Shown one piece after another: positions 14,498 through 16,963 of a stretch of 16,963 nucleotides of DNA. A program made the translations under genes and the position numbers. This DNA is from an uncultured archaeon. GTDB lineage: Archaea; Asgardarchaeota; Lokiarchaeia; Sigyniarchaeales; SOKP01. The notes beneath the pieces were generated by a model. The model ran no database searches and was not told where the DNA came from. It worked only from the letters and a program-made list of their open reading frames with translations. Numbering within the stretch: position 1 is the stretch's first letter; the number at the start of each line of letters is the position of its first letter. The DNA lies in contig CAYUTF010000074.1 of the NCBI GenBank assembly GCA_964447495.1, positions 1 to 16,963 on the forward strand. Direction: 5' to 3'.

Positions 14498-16963
14498 ATG
14501 AATGAAAATATTGTTATTAAAGGAGCTAGACAAAATAATCTAAAGAACATTAATGTTACAATTCCAAGGAATAAACTAGTAATAATTACTGGAATTAGTG
14601 GTAGCGGAAAATCTAGCTTAGCAATGGATACTTTATATGCGGAAGGGCAGAGGAGATTTTTAGAATCCCTTTCAAGTTATGCTAGACAATTTCTTGGAGA
14701 GATGGATAAACCTGATGTCGATTCTATTGAAGGCTTATCTCCTGCAATCGCAATAGAACAAAAACCGCTCTCAAAGAACCCAAGAAGTACTGTAGGTACT
14801 GTAACTGAGATATATGACTATTATAGGCTTCTTTATGCTAATATAGGAATACCTCATTGCCCAAACTGTGGGAAAGAAATAAAACCTCAGACTCCCCAGC
14901 AGATCATTGACCAAATTTTTGGTACATTAAAAGAGGGACAAAAATTCATTATAAAGGCACCAATAATTCGGGATAGAAAAGGAGAGTATAAAGATCTTCT
15001 TGCAGACCTCAAAAAGCAAGGATATGTTCGTGTCGAAATTGATGATATTCAATATACGCTTGATGAGGAAATATCGATGGAAAAAAATATCAAACATAAT
15101 ATTAACGTCATTATCGACCGTTTAGTTATGAAAAAAGACATTAAAACAAGATTAGCCGATTCGATCGAAACTGCCTTAGAATTAACAGATGGTATTGTAA
15201 TTATTGATATTGTAGATGAGGAGGAGCAAATTTTTTCAGAACACCTTGCTTGTGTTGATTGTGGCATTTCTTTTCCGGCAATTGATCATAAAATGTTCTC
15301 CTTTAATATCCCCCATGGAAGTTGTAAATATTGTAATGGTTTAGGAAATGTGATGGAATTTGATTATGGTTTAGTATTGGGAAACGATTTAGATGTCCCA
15401 ATACAGGAAACTCCCATTAGAGACATACCTGGTTTTGGTTCCTTAACAGGATATTTTTGGCAATCATTAGTTCAAGTTGGAAAACATTTAGGGTTTAATG
15501 TAAATAAAACTCCGATCAAGGATATTGACCCCAATCTCCTCCATAAATTATTATTCGGAACAGGGGAAGAACTAATAGATTTTCATTTCGAAAGCGAAAA
15601 TAATGGATATAACAACGGTAAAAGTGAAATAAAATCTTCCTATAGAGTGACACGACCTTTTGAAGGAATTATCCCTATGTTACATAGAAGATATATGGAT
15701 ACACGCTCTGAATGGGCTCGTGGAGTCTATGAGAGTTTCATGAAACAAGCTGATTGCCCTCAATGCAATGGGAATAGGTTAAAAGCGGAAAGCTTAGCTG
15801 TAACAATAGAAAAGTTAAATATCGCAGAATTAACTAAACTTTCAGTTAAAGATGGGCTAAAATTTTTTAATAATTTACACTTAGATGATACTCAAAAAAT
15901 AATTGTAAAAGATATATTAAAAGAAATTTTTGATCGGTTGTCATTTTTAGAGAATGTGGGATTAGATTATATTTCTTTAAGTAGACGATCACATACTTTA
16001 TCAGTTGGAGAAGCAGAAAGAATTCGCTTAGCAACCCAACTTGGGTCTAGTTTAGTGGGAGTATTATATGTTCTTGATGAACCTAGTGTGGGGCTTCATC
16101 AACGAGATATCTCTCGATTGATCAATATGCTTAAGAAACTCAGGGATTTGGGAAACACCGTGATAGTTGTTGAGCATGATGATGAAATAATGAGAAATGC
16201 CGACCATATTATTGATTTAGGCCCTTTAGCAGGAGAAAGCGGTGGTGAAGTGGTTGCTCAAGGTCCTCTTGAAAGCATTTTGAGTTCAAGAACATTAACA
16301 GGAAAATATCTTTCAGGGAAGAAAAAAATCGAATTGCCCAAACAACGACGAAATTTGAATGGAAACTATCTTGAAATAACAGGTGCTCGAGAGAATAATT
16401 TAAAGAATATCAATGTGAAAATTCCACTGGGAGTTTTTACTTGTATAACAGGAGTTTCAGGAGCAGGCAAAACTAGCCTAATAATCGATTGTCTGTATAA
16501 AGGACTTCATAATAAAGTAAATACTCGTAGTACTCGTATAAATCCTGGAGAGTTTGATGATATTAGAGGATTTGAAGAGATTGATAAAATTATTAATATT
16601 GATCAATCACCTATTGGAAGAACTCCGCGTTCTGTTCCCTCAACATATACTAAGGCTTTAGATTACATTCGAGAAATTTTTGCTGGGCTCCCTCAAGCAA
16701 GGGAAAGAGGATACAAAAAAGGAAGATTTAGTTTTAACACCAAATCTGGGCATTGCAAAAAATGTAATGGAACGGGGTACATCCTAAAAGAGATGTACTT
16801 TTTACCCGATGTATATATAAAATGTGATTTATGCAAAGGCAAAAGATACAATGCTGAAACACTTGAAATAAAGTATAGGGGAAAAACGATCTCAGATGTT
16901 CTAGAGATGACCTTTCATCAAGCTCTTGAATTTTTTGACAGTTTTCCTAAACTTAAAAGAACA
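14498..16963 (+). CDS. uvrA: Excinuclease ABC subunit A, 3'-truncated by the window edge (missing from the ORF track)
   Basis: Hand translation gives MNENIVIKGARQNNLKNI...TGISGSGKSSLAMDTLYAEGQRRFLESLSSYARQFL...GLSPAIAIEQK...NPRSTVGTVTEIYDY. CxxC zinc modules, LDEPSVGLHQRD, VVEHD, a second Walker A GVSGAGKT and IDQSPIGRTPRS follow. Confidence 0.98.
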   Translation, partial: MNENIVIKGARQNNLKNINVTIPRNKLVIITGISGSGKSSLAMDTLYAEGQRRFLESLSSYARQFLGEMDKPDVDSIEGLSPAIAIEQKPLSKNPRSTVGTVTEIYDYYRLLYANIGIPHCPNCGKEIKPQTPQQIIDQIFGTLKEGQKFIIKAPIIRDRKGEYKDLLADLKKQGYVRVEIDDIQYTLDEEISMEKNIKHNINVIIDRLVMKKDIKTRLADSIETALELTDGIVIIDIVDEEEQIFSEHLACVDCGISFPAIDHKMFSFNIPHGSCKYCNGLGNVMEFDYGLVLGNDLDVPIQETPIRDIPGFGSLTGYFWQSLVQVGKHLGFNVNKTPIKDIDPNLLHKLLFGTGEELIDFHFESENNGYNNGKSEIKSSYRVTRPFEGIIPMLHRRYMDTRSEWARGVYESFMKQADCPQCNGNRLKAESLAVTIEKLNIAELTKLSVKDGLKFFNNLHLDDTQKIIVKDILKEIFDRLSFLENVGLDYISLSRRSHTLSVGEAERIRLATQLGSSLVGVLYVLDEPSVGLHQRDISRLINMLKKLRDLGNTVIVVEHDDEIMRNADHIIDLGPLAGESGGEVVAQGPLESILSSRTLTGKYLSGKKKIELPKQRRNLNGNYLEITGARENNLKNINVKIPLGVFTCITGVSGAGKTSLIIDCLYKGLHNKVNTRSTRINPGEFDDIRGFEEIDKIINIDQSPIGRTPRSVPSTYTKALDYIREIFAGLPQARERGYKKGRFSFNTKSGHCKKCNGTGYILKEMYFLPDVYIKCDLCKGKRYNAETLEIKYRGKTISDVLEMTFHQALEFFDSFPKLKRT

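Noticed and set aside
14473-14510. Imperfect tandem duplication (CAGAAT...ATGAAAATA twice) creating a 7-codon uORF, MKISEYE*, over the uvrA start
   Set aside because: Short and AT-rich, with no evidence of function.
899-15267. Short ORF-track entries 899..1081, 3520..3726, 5504..5719, 7274..7456, 10051..10269, 11767..12054, 13585..13800 and 15049..15267
   Set aside because: All lie wholly inside well-supported genes (antisense or alternative frame) and show no family motifs.

Overview
AT-rich archaeal chromosomal segment, most likely from an Asgard archaeon (Lokiarchaeia), judged from a Loki-CTERM-type sorting tail and a very eukaryote-like STT3/AglB. The left part is housekeeping: csl4 (partial), a METTL5-type methyltransferase whose true start is not ATG/GTG/TTG, enolase, RFC small subunit, TruA, and a 1290-aa STT3/AglB with five tandem C-terminal beta-sandwich-like repeats. 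The right part holds bacterial-type uvrB and uvrA (partial, absent from the ORF track), separated by about 4.2 kb of accessory genes: a HAD phosphatase, a winged-helix regulator, an ICMT-family methyltransferase and a Loki-CTERM surface protein. The most striking unexplained structure is a non-coding, hairpin-forming element present as three direct copies that bracket three of these genes like cassette boundaries. Copy A is a left half, copy B is complete, copy C is a right half, and all share a TTGATAAT core. No integrase, transposase, tRNA, rRNA or CRISPR array is visible.
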